Origin: Candidatus Atabeyarchaeum deiterrae
Lineage (GTDB): Archaea > Asgardarchaeota > Atabeyarchaeia > Atabeyarchaeales > Atabeyarchaeaceae
Assembly: GCA_037310415.1 (NCBI GenBank)
Contig: CP147780.1
Coordinates: 1,408,001 to 1,472,000, forward strand
Length of the DNA: 64,000 bases
Reading direction: 5' to 3'
Part shown: positions 21,063 through 30,552 of the stretch, one piece after another
Layout of the letters: each line of letters begins with the position of its first letter
Position numbering within the stretch: the first letter of the stretch is position 1
Program-made: the position numbers and the translations under genes
The notes under the pieces: model-generated
Seen by the model: the letters and a program-made list of their open reading frames with translations, nothing else
Told to the model about the DNA's origin: nothing
The model's database searches: none

Positions 21063-21322
21063 GTTACTCCCCACGCCAGCTTGAAAGGAGTCATTTGAAC
21101 TTGATTCGCTTGAGAAGAAACGATCAGCTTGACATATATTTAAGTCATCCATTCACGAAGCACGGAATCGATTTCATGTGCAGTGATTATGAAAAACGGG
21201 CATACTTATTCAACTGTAATCCGAATGTAAAACAACTGTGCGAAGAAAAATAGGAAAACAAGGATTTAAAAAGAGATGACTTGGTGGCAAATGAGGCAGA
21301 GAGTGCCTTGTGGAGATGTCCT

Positions 21323-22219
21323 CTACTCGAGAGGGTTCAAGCATCTGTAACATTGCTTCGAACCTGCCTTGTTCTCAACGCCACACATCGGGCATATTAT
21401 CTTGGCTTCTACAACAGAGCTAGAGCCACCTTCAACTGCGTCGGATGGAACAGCAGGTAGCGAAGAAACCCCCGACGTTTTCGTGGACGGTGGTGCGGTC
21501 TTTGCTGCAATAGAAGATGATTGGATGGGTCTGCTGAAAAGAGTCGGAGCTGACACAGATGGAGTACCTACTGATGGTGTCAACTCAGGTCGTCCCTTGT
21601 TTATATCGGCTTGATTCCAGGGTTCAGTTTGCTTACCTTGCCAATTCAATATCCCTGTGACTATTCTATTTGCAATGTTGAATATGTCTTCGATAACCTT
21701 CTTTGGTGTCGCCTTCATTTGCTGGAGGGCTTCGCGCCAGTCTTTCTCAAGTTTCTTCACGGAGATCTCTACCCTGCTTCCGCCTTCCTTTGGAACTACC
21801 TCTATCTTCTTGTTTGTTCTCATGATACCTCCATTGTAGAGGTCACTGATCCACGCTTTCAACTCCTCATCGAGGTCGACGAGTTCTCCCATGTTACCCC
21901 ATTTTCCTTCTGCTTTGGTCACTATGCGACCGTTGTTGAACTCCACCTTGAGTTCATAGTTGGGATCCGCTGGAGGTCTGAAGTAGAAGAAGACGTGGAT
22001 GTTTTGATCGCCTTCGATGAAGGAAGCGCTGTCGATCAAGCAATTCTTCAACTTGAACCTGACTTTGTCTTTGCCAACGATAAACTGAGGAAGATAGGAA
22101 GCAAGCAATTCATCTACCATGACCGATCTACGCAACTTGCCAGCAAGAAAACTGTCAATAGATGACTCCGTACATTGTCCCTCCATTATATTTAACGAAC
22201 AACGCTTAGCAATAGTCAC
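21323..22219 (-). CDS. Hypothetical protein with S/P/T-rich linker and C-terminal zinc ribbon
   Basis: CPMC-x10-CYRC at the C-terminus; true start probably ATG 22120 (MVDELL). Confidence 0.75.
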   Translation of the reverse strand: MTIAKRCSLNIMEGQCTESSIDSFLAGKLRRSVMVDELLASYLPQFIVGKDKVRFKLKNCLIDSASFIEGDQNIHVFFYFRPPADPNYELKVEFNNGRIVTKAEGKWGNMGELVDLDEELKAWISDLYNGGIMRTNKKIEVVPKEGGSRVEISVKKLEKDWREALQQMKATPKKVIEDIFNIANRIVTGILNWQGKQTEPWNQADINKGRPELTPSVGTPSVSAPTLFSRPIQSSSIAAKTAPPSTKTSGVSSLPAVPSDAVEGGSSSVVEAKIICPMCGVENKAGSKQCYRCLNPLE

Positions 22220-22537
22220 TTCTCATTCTTCTTAAATTAATCGCATCACGAATTGCCAGATCTGCCTAAGGTAGCGATGGCCATATGGCTTTTGCCGGCG
22301 AAGCTCTAATGGTTCGCCTCAAATAAGAAAAGATGTTGTTTTGCTTCTAAAGCTTTACCTTTATCTCCTTTGCCCTTTCTAGTTTGAGTCGAGAAGGTCG
22401 CAACGTTCAGAGTCTTTGGGCATACAGATAAAGTTAAAGGGATCAATGCCTCTAAGCGACACAACGAAGAATCAGGACCATCGCTGCTAACCAGCACGGA
22501 TTGCATTTTCCACCTTTGCTAAAAGGAGTGGTAAGCA

Positions 22538-23851
22538 TTGAAGGAATCTGTCAACCAGATCAGTCTTTCTACGGAAGAACTCCCCAGGAAATGGTATAAC
22601 ATAATCCCAGATTTGCCTGAGCCTTTGCCTCCACCGCAAGAACCCAACGACGGTGTCTCCCGCTTAGACTTACTGAAAAGAATCATGGTTGGAGCATGTC
22701 TCGGGCAGGAATTCTCTACTGATCGTTGGATAGATATCCCTGATGAGATCGTAGAGCTGTATTTGCAGGCCGGTCGGCCGAGGCCGCTCCACAGAGCTAG
22801 GAGACTTGAACGCTACCTCAAACTACCAGAGAACAAAGTCAGACTCTACTACAAACGAGAAGACTTGAGTCCGACAGGTTCACACAAAGTCAACACGGCG
22901 CTGGCGCAGGCATTCTACGCTGCGAAGGAAGGTTATGAAAGAGTCGCCACGGAAACGGGCGCAGGACAATGGGGAAGCGCCCTATCATATGCATCAAGCC
23001 TAGTCGGTCTTAAATGCGAGGTCTTTTGGGTAAGGTTTGCACATGACTGGAAGCCAGACAGACGAGTACTGATGAATCTGTACGGCGCAGAAGTCTTTGC
23101 ATCTCCGAGCAAAGAAACAGAGTTCGGAAGAAAAATGCTAGGCAAAAATCCTAAGCACCCTGGCAACCTCGGCATCGCGATAAGCGAAGGTATGGAGTAC
23201 GCTATGAACCACAAGAAAACAGTATACTGTTTGGGTTCAGTACTGAACCACGTACTAATGCATCAATCAATAATAGGCTTGGAAGTAATGAAGCAATTCG
23301 AGAAGGTGGACGATTGGCCTGACCTGATGATCTCATGCTTGGGTGGCGGAAGCAATTTTGGAGGGTTCACGCTTCCGATAATCGGCGAAGTTATCAAAAA
23401 GAAGCGGGAAACAAAGTTCCTCGCTGCGCAGACCGAAGCCTCGCCGAGCTTGATAAAGGGCGAATATAAGTACGATTTCGCTGACCCTGCCCACCACACA
23501 CCACTGCTTAAGATGTATTCGCTTGGGCCTGATACTGAGTTGCCATCTGTGTACGCGGAAGGACTCCGCTATTCGGCAGCATCCCCAATTCTAAGCCTCC
23601 TCAAAAACAGAAAGTATATTGATGCAATGGCATACCCAACAGACGAAAAACGCGTTTTCGAGAATGCTAGGATCTTTGTTTCCACAGAGGGATACCTTCC
23701 GGCACCAGAGTCCGCTTATGGGGTGGCTTGCGCTATCGATGAAGCTCTCAAGGCGAAAAGAAATAACGAGGAGAAGTGCATAGCATTCAACGTGTCAGGG
23801 CATGGGTTCCTTGATCTACCTGCCTATCAGAAAGTGCTCGGAATAAAGTGA
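22538..23851 (+). CDS. trpB2: TrpB2-type (stand-alone) tryptophan synthase beta-like PLP enzyme
   Basis: WYNI.PDLPEPLPPP N-terminus, GSHKVNTA (PLP Lys), TETGAGQWG, GGGSNFGG, PAPES and SGHG motifs. Confidence 0.93.
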   Translation: MKESVNQISLSTEELPRKWYNIIPDLPEPLPPPQEPNDGVSRLDLLKRIMVGACLGQEFSTDRWIDIPDEIVELYLQAGRPRPLHRARRLERYLKLPENKVRLYYKREDLSPTGSHKVNTALAQAFYAAKEGYERVATETGAGQWGSALSYASSLVGLKCEVFWVRFAHDWKPDRRVLMNLYGAEVFASPSKETEFGRKMLGKNPKHPGNLGIAISEGMEYAMNHKKTVYCLGSVLNHVLMHQSIIGLEVMKQFEKVDDWPDLMISCLGGGSNFGGFTLPIIGEVIKKKRETKFLAAQTEASPSLIKGEYKYDFADPAHHTPLLKMYSLGPDTELPSVYAEGLRYSAASPILSLLKNRKYIDAMAYPTDEKRVFENARIFVSTEGYLPAPESAYGVACAIDEALKAKRNNEEKCIAFNVSGHGFLDLPAYQKVLGIK

Positions 23852-23965
23852 ACTGGCATCAACCTCGACTCCCACTTTCTTTCTCTTTCCTAAGATAAGT
23901 TATAATCTCTTGTTCCCCACTAGTCAGTATGATTGATGCATATCCCCGCAATATGAGGAACGGCT

Positions 23966-24796
23966 ATGCCTGAACTTCCTGATTTGGAATATATCAGAGA
24001 GTTTCTCTCCTCAAGGGTAATTGGCGTGGCAATTGCTGAACTCAGAGTCTTGGGGCCTATCGTGGTAAGATCCAGTGACCCAGGCAGGTTTTCGAACATT
24101 ATGAGAGGCAAGAGATTCAAGGAAGTGAGGCGGCGCGGAAAATTCCTTATTTTCTCCTTTGACTCGGGTGCGCTGGTGGTCATCAACTCAATGCTTTCGG
24201 GTCGATTACATTACAATAAGATAGGAGAGAGCGGCAAAGGCAAGTTTTTCCTCTCGATTACCTTGGAGAATGGAAAGGAGATTAAATACTCCGATGAGAC
24301 GTCAATGGGGCAAATCTACTTTCTTGAGAATGAGAAGGAATTGGACAAGGTCCCCAAGTTTACCAAACTCGGGGTTGAAGCAATTGACCCAAATCTCTCG
24401 GTTGAGAAGTTCAGCAAACTGATAAGGCATTTTCCATGGGAAGCGAAAAACGTACTAACATACCAGACATTCGTAGCAGGTATAGGAAACGCCTACGCAG
24501 ACGAGATTCTATTAGACGCACACATCAGTCCATTCAAGAAATGCAACACACTATCCGAAGAGGAAAGGACAAGACTCTACCACTCAATGAGAAAAGTGCT
24601 GACCGTAGCCATCGAGACTCTGAGAGAAAGAGTCGGTGAAAACATTCACATTGAGATCAGAAACTTCTTGAAGATACACAACAAAGGAGGGCAACCGTGT
24701 CCAATATGTGGCACAAAAATATCAGAGGTCAGTACAGAGGGACGAAAAACCAGCTTCTGTCGGAAATGTCAACCAGGAACCCTATTTGGGAACTAG
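23966..24796 (+). CDS. mutM: Fpg/Nei family DNA glycosylase/AP lyase
   Basis: N-terminal MPELPD, RRGKFL, H2TH AGIGNAYADEIL, C-terminal CPIC-x16-CRKCQ zinc finger. Confidence 0.92.
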   Translation: MPELPDLEYIREFLSSRVIGVAIAELRVLGPIVVRSSDPGRFSNIMRGKRFKEVRRRGKFLIFSFDSGALVVINSMLSGRLHYNKIGESGKGKFFLSITLENGKEIKYSDETSMGQIYFLENEKELDKVPKFTKLGVEAIDPNLSVEKFSKLIRHFPWEAKNVLTYQTFVAGIGNAYADEILLDAHISPFKKCNTLSEEERTRLYHSMRKVLTVAIETLRERVGENIHIEIRNFLKIHNKGGQPCPICGTKISEVSTEGRKTSFCRKCQPGTLFGN

Positions 24797-24826
24797 TGTT
24801 GTCTCTCCATTATCCAGAACATGAAT

Positions 24827-26899
24827 CTAAGATCCCAATTCCTCCTTAGATCTTCTTTTCTCCCTAATCTTCTCTTTTAGTTCTTCTCTGGCGCCATTCA
24901 ATTCCCTTATTTTGTCTCTTATCTTTGCCGCTTTCTCGAATTCTAGTTTCTGCGCAGCAAGTAGCATTTCCTCTTCAAGGTTAGCAATGATGATTTCCAA
25001 CTTGTCCTTCGAGTATCTTCCATATCCTTTTTTCTCTGTGAAAGTTGTAGAGGCTTCGGCTATCGGTGCAGGGGATTCAAGTAGAGCTCTTACTTCCTTT
25101 CTGACTGACTGCGGCGTCACCCCGTGTTCTAGGTTGTATTCCAGTTGTATCCTCCTCCGCCTTTCAGTTTCCTCTATAGCTTTCCTCATTGATTCCGTGA
25201 CCTCATCTGCGTACATTATCACTTGACCGAAAACGTTTCTTGCAGCCCGACCCATCGTCTGTATTAGCGCCACATCCGATCTTAGGAATGACTCTTTGTC
25301 GGCATCAAGTATAGCCACCAAGGAGACCTCTGGCAAATCGAGACCTTCACGAAGCAGGTTGATCCCAACAATCACATCATACTCCCCTACCCTTAGATCC
25401 CTGAGTATCTCGGTCCTCTTCAGTGTTTCAACCTCAGAGTGGAGATACTGGACCTTAGTTTCCAAAGATTGGAGGTACTCCGCCAGATCCTCTGCCATCC
25501 TTTTGGTAAGAGTTGTGACCAGAACCCTCTGGCCCCTCTCAACTCTTTTCCTAATCTCCTTAACCAGGTCGTCAACTTGTCCTTTGGTCGGGCGGATGAC
25601 TATCTCAGGGTCGACCAACCCTGTGGGTCTCACGAGTTGCTCGACAACTTGTTCACTTTTACGTAATTCGTAGGCAGCTGGTGTTGCTGAAGTGTATATC
25701 ACCTGGTTCAAATGTCTCTCGAATTCCTCGAAGTAAAGTGGTCTATGATCATATGCGGAGGGTAATCTGAAACCATAGTCAACAAGGTTCTTCTTCCTAG
25801 ATCTATCGCCAAAGTACATTCCCTGAATCTGAGGCATGGTAACATGCGACTCATCTATAACCGTTAGAAAGTCCTTTGGAAAGAAGTCCAGCAACGTAAA
25901 AGGAGGCTCGCCAGTCTTGCGGCCATCAAAGTACCTATCATAGTTTTCGATTCCGGCGACATAACCTGTTTGCTTTATCATCTCCAAGTCGTACTTCGTT
26001 CTCTGCTCGAGTCGTTGGGCCTCGAGAAGTTTGCCAGCGCTCCGTAATTCTTGGGCTCTCTGAACCATTTCCATTTCAATTTCATGCAGCATCCTGTCTC
26101 TGTCCTGTTTTGGGGCAACATAGTGTCGCGCAGGAAAGATGAGAGTTTCACCCATTTCTTTAATGGTTCTTCCTGTAACATGGTCTATCTGAGCTATCCT
26201 GTCAACCACATCATCGAGCAATTCGATTCTGGCAATATTCTCTTCGTCAGCTGAGCATATCTCAACGGTATCACCTCTAACCCTGAACCTCCCCCTTGCC
26301 AGTGCTACATCATTTCTTTCATACTGCATTTCCACGAGTCTACGCAACAAGTTGTCTCTGTCTACCTTCTCTCCCTTCTTCAGTGTTAGCGCTAGCGCTC
26401 TATATTCATCAGGAGAGCCAAGTCCGAAGATGCACGAAACACTGGCAACGATTATCACATCGCGGCGAGTGAGGAGCGCCTGAGTTGTTCTATGCCTAAG
26501 TCGGTCAATCTCGTCATTGATAGACGAGTCCTTCTCAATGTAGAGATCGGGCGCAGGAAGGTAAGCTTCAGGCTGATAGTAATCGTAATATGACACAAAG
26601 TACTCGACGGCGTTTTCAGGGAAGAATGCCCTGAATTCGCTGCAGAGTTGAGCAGCAAGAGTCTTGTTGTGCGAAATGACCAGAGTAGGTCTTTGCACAT
26701 TCTGGATCACTGCACCGACGACAAACGTCTTTCCCGATCCCGTGACGCCCAAGAGAGTTTGATGTCTCATCCCCGATCGAATTCCTTCAGTAAGCTTCGC
26801 TATCGCATTCGGCTGATCACCCTTAGGGACGAAGTCCGTTACCAGTTTGAAATGTCCATTGCCTCTCATGCCTGATCCATGTCTCCACCAAGATGTCAT
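24827..26899 (-). CDS. uvrB: Excinuclease ABC subunit B
   Basis: GVTGSGKT, HNKTLAAQL, YYDYYQPEAY, DESH, GINLLREGLD and C-terminal UVR domain; start may be 26869. Confidence 0.98.
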   Translation of the reverse strand: MTSWWRHGSGMRGNGHFKLVTDFVPKGDQPNAIAKLTEGIRSGMRHQTLLGVTGSGKTFVVGAVIQNVQRPTLVISHNKTLAAQLCSEFRAFFPENAVEYFVSYYDYYQPEAYLPAPDLYIEKDSSINDEIDRLRHRTTQALLTRRDVIIVASVSCIFGLGSPDEYRALALTLKKGEKVDRDNLLRRLVEMQYERNDVALARGRFRVRGDTVEICSADEENIARIELLDDVVDRIAQIDHVTGRTIKEMGETLIFPARHYVAPKQDRDRMLHEIEMEMVQRAQELRSAGKLLEAQRLEQRTKYDLEMIKQTGYVAGIENYDRYFDGRKTGEPPFTLLDFFPKDFLTVIDESHVTMPQIQGMYFGDRSRKKNLVDYGFRLPSAYDHRPLYFEEFERHLNQVIYTSATPAAYELRKSEQVVEQLVRPTGLVDPEIVIRPTKGQVDDLVKEIRKRVERGQRVLVTTLTKRMAEDLAEYLQSLETKVQYLHSEVETLKRTEILRDLRVGEYDVIVGINLLREGLDLPEVSLVAILDADKESFLRSDVALIQTMGRAARNVFGQVIMYADEVTESMRKAIEETERRRRIQLEYNLEHGVTPQSVRKEVRALLESPAPIAEASTTFTEKKGYGRYSKDKLEIIIANLEEEMLLAAQKLEFEKAAKIRDKIRELNGAREELKEKIREKRRSKEELGS

Positions 26900-27057
26900 G
26901 ATTAATGAGAACAGTCAGACTGATGCATTATCGCAGCACTGCTTATGAAGCAATGTGACAGTTGATATCCCAAGGCTTAAAATACTTCCATCTGCAACAC
27001 AAAGAGAAGATCCACCCTTAAGTCCGGCTGGGTCAGAATTGCCGTCAGACTGAACTC

Positions 27058-27681
27058 ATGTTGAATCATATTCTCGTCAGGAGGCCTTATTCGCGGTTGA
27101 CGAACGAAAGAGAAATCCTCATCCAGTTTGCGGAAAAGCTGATTTCAAACATCGCTGATCAATGGAGGGGGCACTGGTGTTTCTTCGCTGGATTCGCATT
27201 TCTGCTGAACGGAGTTGAAAAGAAGACTTACGACATCGATGTATTGGCGAAGGATAAGGAAACATATCAACACATAGGCAACATAGTGAGAGACATGGGA
27301 ATGCACAGCAAAAATGCATCTGAGATCTTCTCCTCATTCTTGGCTAGGTCAAGTGGCAAAGGGTCTTCCAAGGAACTCTCTTTGGACCTCCTGCTGATAA
27401 GCGACGAGTGGGCTAGGCACTTCAGCGACATGTGGACTGACCTCGAGTTCAAGCAACTAGGTGACTTCAAGTTTCCAGTCCCGAAGCCTATCGACCTTAT
27501 TCTTCTTAAGATAATAGTCAATGCGAATCGTAAACTTGGCGATGAGAAGAAGGAACGAGACTTGGTTGACGTTCAACAACTCATGTTGAAACGACGAATA
27601 GTCAGGCAACAGATAGTTGAGGAAGCGACCAACCGCGGACTTGAAGACATAACGCTGAGATTTCTTGGCAAGTTGAAGTAG
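27058..27681 (+). CDS. Pol-beta-superfamily nucleotidyltransferase (AbiEii/DUF6036-like)
   Basis: FAGFAFLLNG..K.TYDIDV and LILLK...R...KERDLVD motifs; GGAGG SD suggests TTG 27097 as start. Confidence 0.7.
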   Translation: MLNHILVRRPYSRLTNEREILIQFAEKLISNIADQWRGHWCFFAGFAFLLNGVEKKTYDIDVLAKDKETYQHIGNIVRDMGMHSKNASEIFSSFLARSSGKGSSKELSLDLLLISDEWARHFSDMWTDLEFKQLGDFKFPVPKPIDLILLKIIVNANRKLGDEKKERDLVDVQQLMLKRRIVRQQIVEEATNRGLEDITLRFLGKLK

Positions 27682-27738
27682 GCAGTCCAGAAAAAGGAGG
27701 AACTTATTCTGTCTGTTTCGAGGAAGAGCCTTCTGGGT

Positions 27739-28320
27739 CTATATTTCACATCTCATGATAGGTCGAGAATCTGATCGTCTTACAACCTCCACGAAGCCAG
27801 CCTTACGAAACGCGGATGCAAGTCCATAGTAAGCAAAGGCATCAGGAATTCTACCCTTCCCAGGATCCACTGGATACCCTTCAATGATCTTTCCGCCTTG
27901 GTTACACACATGCTCGACTGCCGCTCTCAACAGCTTCACGGTTATGCCTTTTTATCTGAATCGCTTGTCAACATAGAAACAAACCACAGACCACACTGGT
28001 TTGTCGTCAACTGGTTTGAGGATTCGAGACCTCCCTAAGACAGGATAGTCTTCTCTCGGCGCTACTGAACACCACGCGATTGGTTGGTCACCAGCATAAG
28101 CTAAGAGTCTTGGGGCTCTTCCGGAGTCGACTATGCTCTTCAAAGCCCTTTTGTTTCCGTCGCCTTTCTGTTTGTTGAACTTGGAGCGCTCCAATCTCCA
28201 CCACATGCACCAGCATCCTCCACATGCTCCCCGTTCGCCAAACAACTTTTCCAAATCCGTCCATCTTTCGGGGGTAAGAGGACAAGACGTCAAATCTGAG
28301 ACTTCTTGTGCTGCTGGCAC
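27739..28320 (-). pseudogene. GNAT acetyltransferase interrupted by an in-frame TAA
   Basis: The two ORF-track ORFs are in the same frame: ..VCFYVDKRFR*KGITVKLLRAAVEH..EGYPVD; TAA at 27952-27954. Confidence 0.85.
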
Positions 28321-28543
28321 TTCAATGCTCCCACCTTGAGACAGGAATCTCGTTTAGTAGCGTTCTCTCAACGCAGACAGATGCCATAAAGAGAACATTG
28401 AGTTTTATTTAACTCTCCTTGCGCAGGTCACATATCATAGATTGCGGCAAATACGCAGATAAGCGATTTTCACCAAAGAAGTCAGAAGCAGTAACCTTTA
28501 TTCTTTAACAACAGAATAGTATGGTGCGTTTTACATAAAAAGG

Positions 28544-29287
28544 GTGAAGATCTCCATGAGTGGCCCCGAAATGATTCTCTATGAAAAGAAAGGCAAAGTC
28601 GCTGTGATTAAACTCAACCGTCCTGAACTGAATCTGATCAATGGAAAAGTGATAAGCGGCCTAATGAACTCATTGAATGACGCGGAAGAGGATCCGAACA
28701 TCCGCAGCGTAGTCTTCATGGGTGTAGGTGGCAAAGCTTTCTCTGCGGGAATCGACTTGAAATATGTTAGCTCACTTCAAAAGGAAGAGCAGGTGAAGTT
28801 TGCAGAGTCGACAAATGAACTTGTCTACAAGATTGCCAAATTCAGCAAGCCCACTATAGCTGCTGTCCATGGACACGCAATCGGATTGGGCTACATGATC
28901 GCCCTGGCATCAGATATGCGGGTCGCAGCGCAAGACACCATTTTCCGGATTCCTGAAGTAGAACTCGGAATGTTTCCAGGCTCGGGGATCACGGTTGTCT
29001 CCCTCAAATGCGGATTCTTACCCTCTCATCTTCTAGAACTCATCCTCACGTGTAAGGAGTTCGATATAAACAGGGCGGATAGACTTGGACTAATCAACAA
29101 GATCGTTTCTAGAGAAGAATTGGAAGAAGCCGCATTATCATTCGCGAAGAAGATCTCACTTGCAGATCCAGCTGTGGCAATACCAATTAAGAAGCTCATA
29201 AGAGACTACACCGCACTGGGATTCGATGAAGCACAGAAAAAGGAAAGCGAACTCCACTTTGAATACATGAAGAAAAAATTCAAGTAA
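28544..29287 (+). CDS. Enoyl-CoA hydratase/isomerase (crotonase) family
   Basis: LNRPE, AFSAGID, KPTIAAVHG and PEVELG motifs. Confidence 0.9.
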   Translation: MKISMSGPEMILYEKKGKVAVIKLNRPELNLINGKVISGLMNSLNDAEEDPNIRSVVFMGVGGKAFSAGIDLKYVSSLQKEEQVKFAESTNELVYKIAKFSKPTIAAVHGHAIGLGYMIALASDMRVAAQDTIFRIPEVELGMFPGSGITVVSLKCGFLPSHLLELILTCKEFDINRADRLGLINKIVSREELEEAALSFAKKISLADPAVAIPIKKLIRDYTALGFDEAQKKESELHFEYMKKKFK

Positions 29288-29319
29288 GAATGTACTGAAA
29301 GACGAAAACTGGTATGGGA

Positions 29320-30417
29320 TCACTTCAGCTTGGTCAGTCTCTCTACTCTTTCAGAAATTGATGGATGGCTCATAATTGCACCAGTGAACCTCGAGAATTT
29401 CATCGGGATGAGGTTGTATTCAGCCAGTTTCAGTAGCGCTGCTGAGAGGTGCTGAGGACTTGTGCTTCTTGCCGCGAGCAGATCTGCTTCCAACTCAAAC
29501 ATGCGTCTGATCTTCAGCAGAATCAGATAGACAACTGTGAAAGGAACCATATACTCGACGACTATGAGAGCTAGAAGGATCACTTCATCTGGGATCACAA
29601 AACCGCTAATCAGGAGAAACTCTAGGAAAGCTATTCCGAGAACGGAGAGAAGCAAGTAAACGCCGGCCATTAATGCAACTATGATCAACATGAGCTTCAA
29701 TATGTGATGGTACTTCATGTGTGCAAGCTCGTGGGCAATTACAGCCTCAACTTCGTCCTTGTTCAGCACCTTGTCGATCTCGCCAATGAGGTATATTCTT
29801 CGTTGTCTCTGAGCAAACCCCAACTGGGCCGCATTGATAGCTTTGAATCCTCTGACCGGAACATGGTAGGCGCCTCCTGCTTTGCCTTTAATGCCCATTC
29901 TGTCTTCAAGGTTGTTGATTGTAACAGTCAGTTCCACATCCTCAATTCTTTCCTTCTTCAGGATGGATCCATAAATTCTTGGCATTATGATTCCAACGAT
30001 GAGAATTGCCAGTGCCATTATCAAAAACGTTAAGGGCGTCGAGAAAATGTCCCCACCTGGCTCAAGTAGCCAGAAAGAAGTGGAAAGAAGGAGCAGTACT
30101 GCGAACGGAACTAGGAAAACGATCCTAGAACGCAACTTGTAACTGAAGTAGCCCCTAAAACCTAAGGTAGTCCTGTCGTATTTCTTGTCGAGTCTGTACT
30201 CAAGCGGAGACACAATGACTGCTGATAACAAGAATGCAGCTGCTATGACCCATGTTACAGAAGTAATCTGAAAGAAATCACTATCATAGAACATCGGCAC
30301 GTATAGCATCATGTACGCAAGTCCGATGGCAATGAAAAACCCAAGCAAGAGTATAGTGAACATTCTCAAGCGAAAACCGCCTGAGAAATACTTTTTTGCC
30401 AATTGGTCGTCCATCAA
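29320..30417 (-). CDS. M48 (HtpX/Ste24-like) membrane zinc metalloprotease
   Basis: NAA, AVIAHELAH, ELEAD and SHPSISER motifs; multiple TMs. Confidence 0.9.
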   Translation of the reverse strand: MMDDQLAKKYFSGGFRLRMFTILLLGFFIAIGLAYMMLYVPMFYDSDFFQITSVTWVIAAAFLLSAVIVSPLEYRLDKKYDRTTLGFRGYFSYKLRSRIVFLVPFAVLLLLSTSFWLLEPGGDIFSTPLTFLIMALAILIVGIIMPRIYGSILKKERIEDVELTVTINNLEDRMGIKGKAGGAYHVPVRGFKAINAAQLGFAQRQRRIYLIGEIDKVLNKDEVEAVIAHELAHMKYHHILKLMLIIVALMAGVYLLLSVLGIAFLEFLLISGFVIPDEVILLALIVVEYMVPFTVVYLILLKIRRMFELEADLLAARSTSPQHLSAALLKLAEYNLIPMKFSRFTGAIMSHPSISERVERLTKLK

Positions 30418-30552
30418 AACAGTCCAGCTGTTCGAGCATTATCGTTTCAACATACTGAAAACTAACCCCACTTATAAAGTGTGGTTCCCATTGTCCCGAG
30501 CTGGAACCACAATTCTCTTCAAAAAGGATGAAGTTGGAGAGATGCATGTCTC

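Noticed and set aside
22220-22537. Intergenic hairpin (ggcgaa..ttcgcc) before trpB2 as an attenuator
   Set aside because: No Trp-rich leader peptide; only a 6-bp stem.
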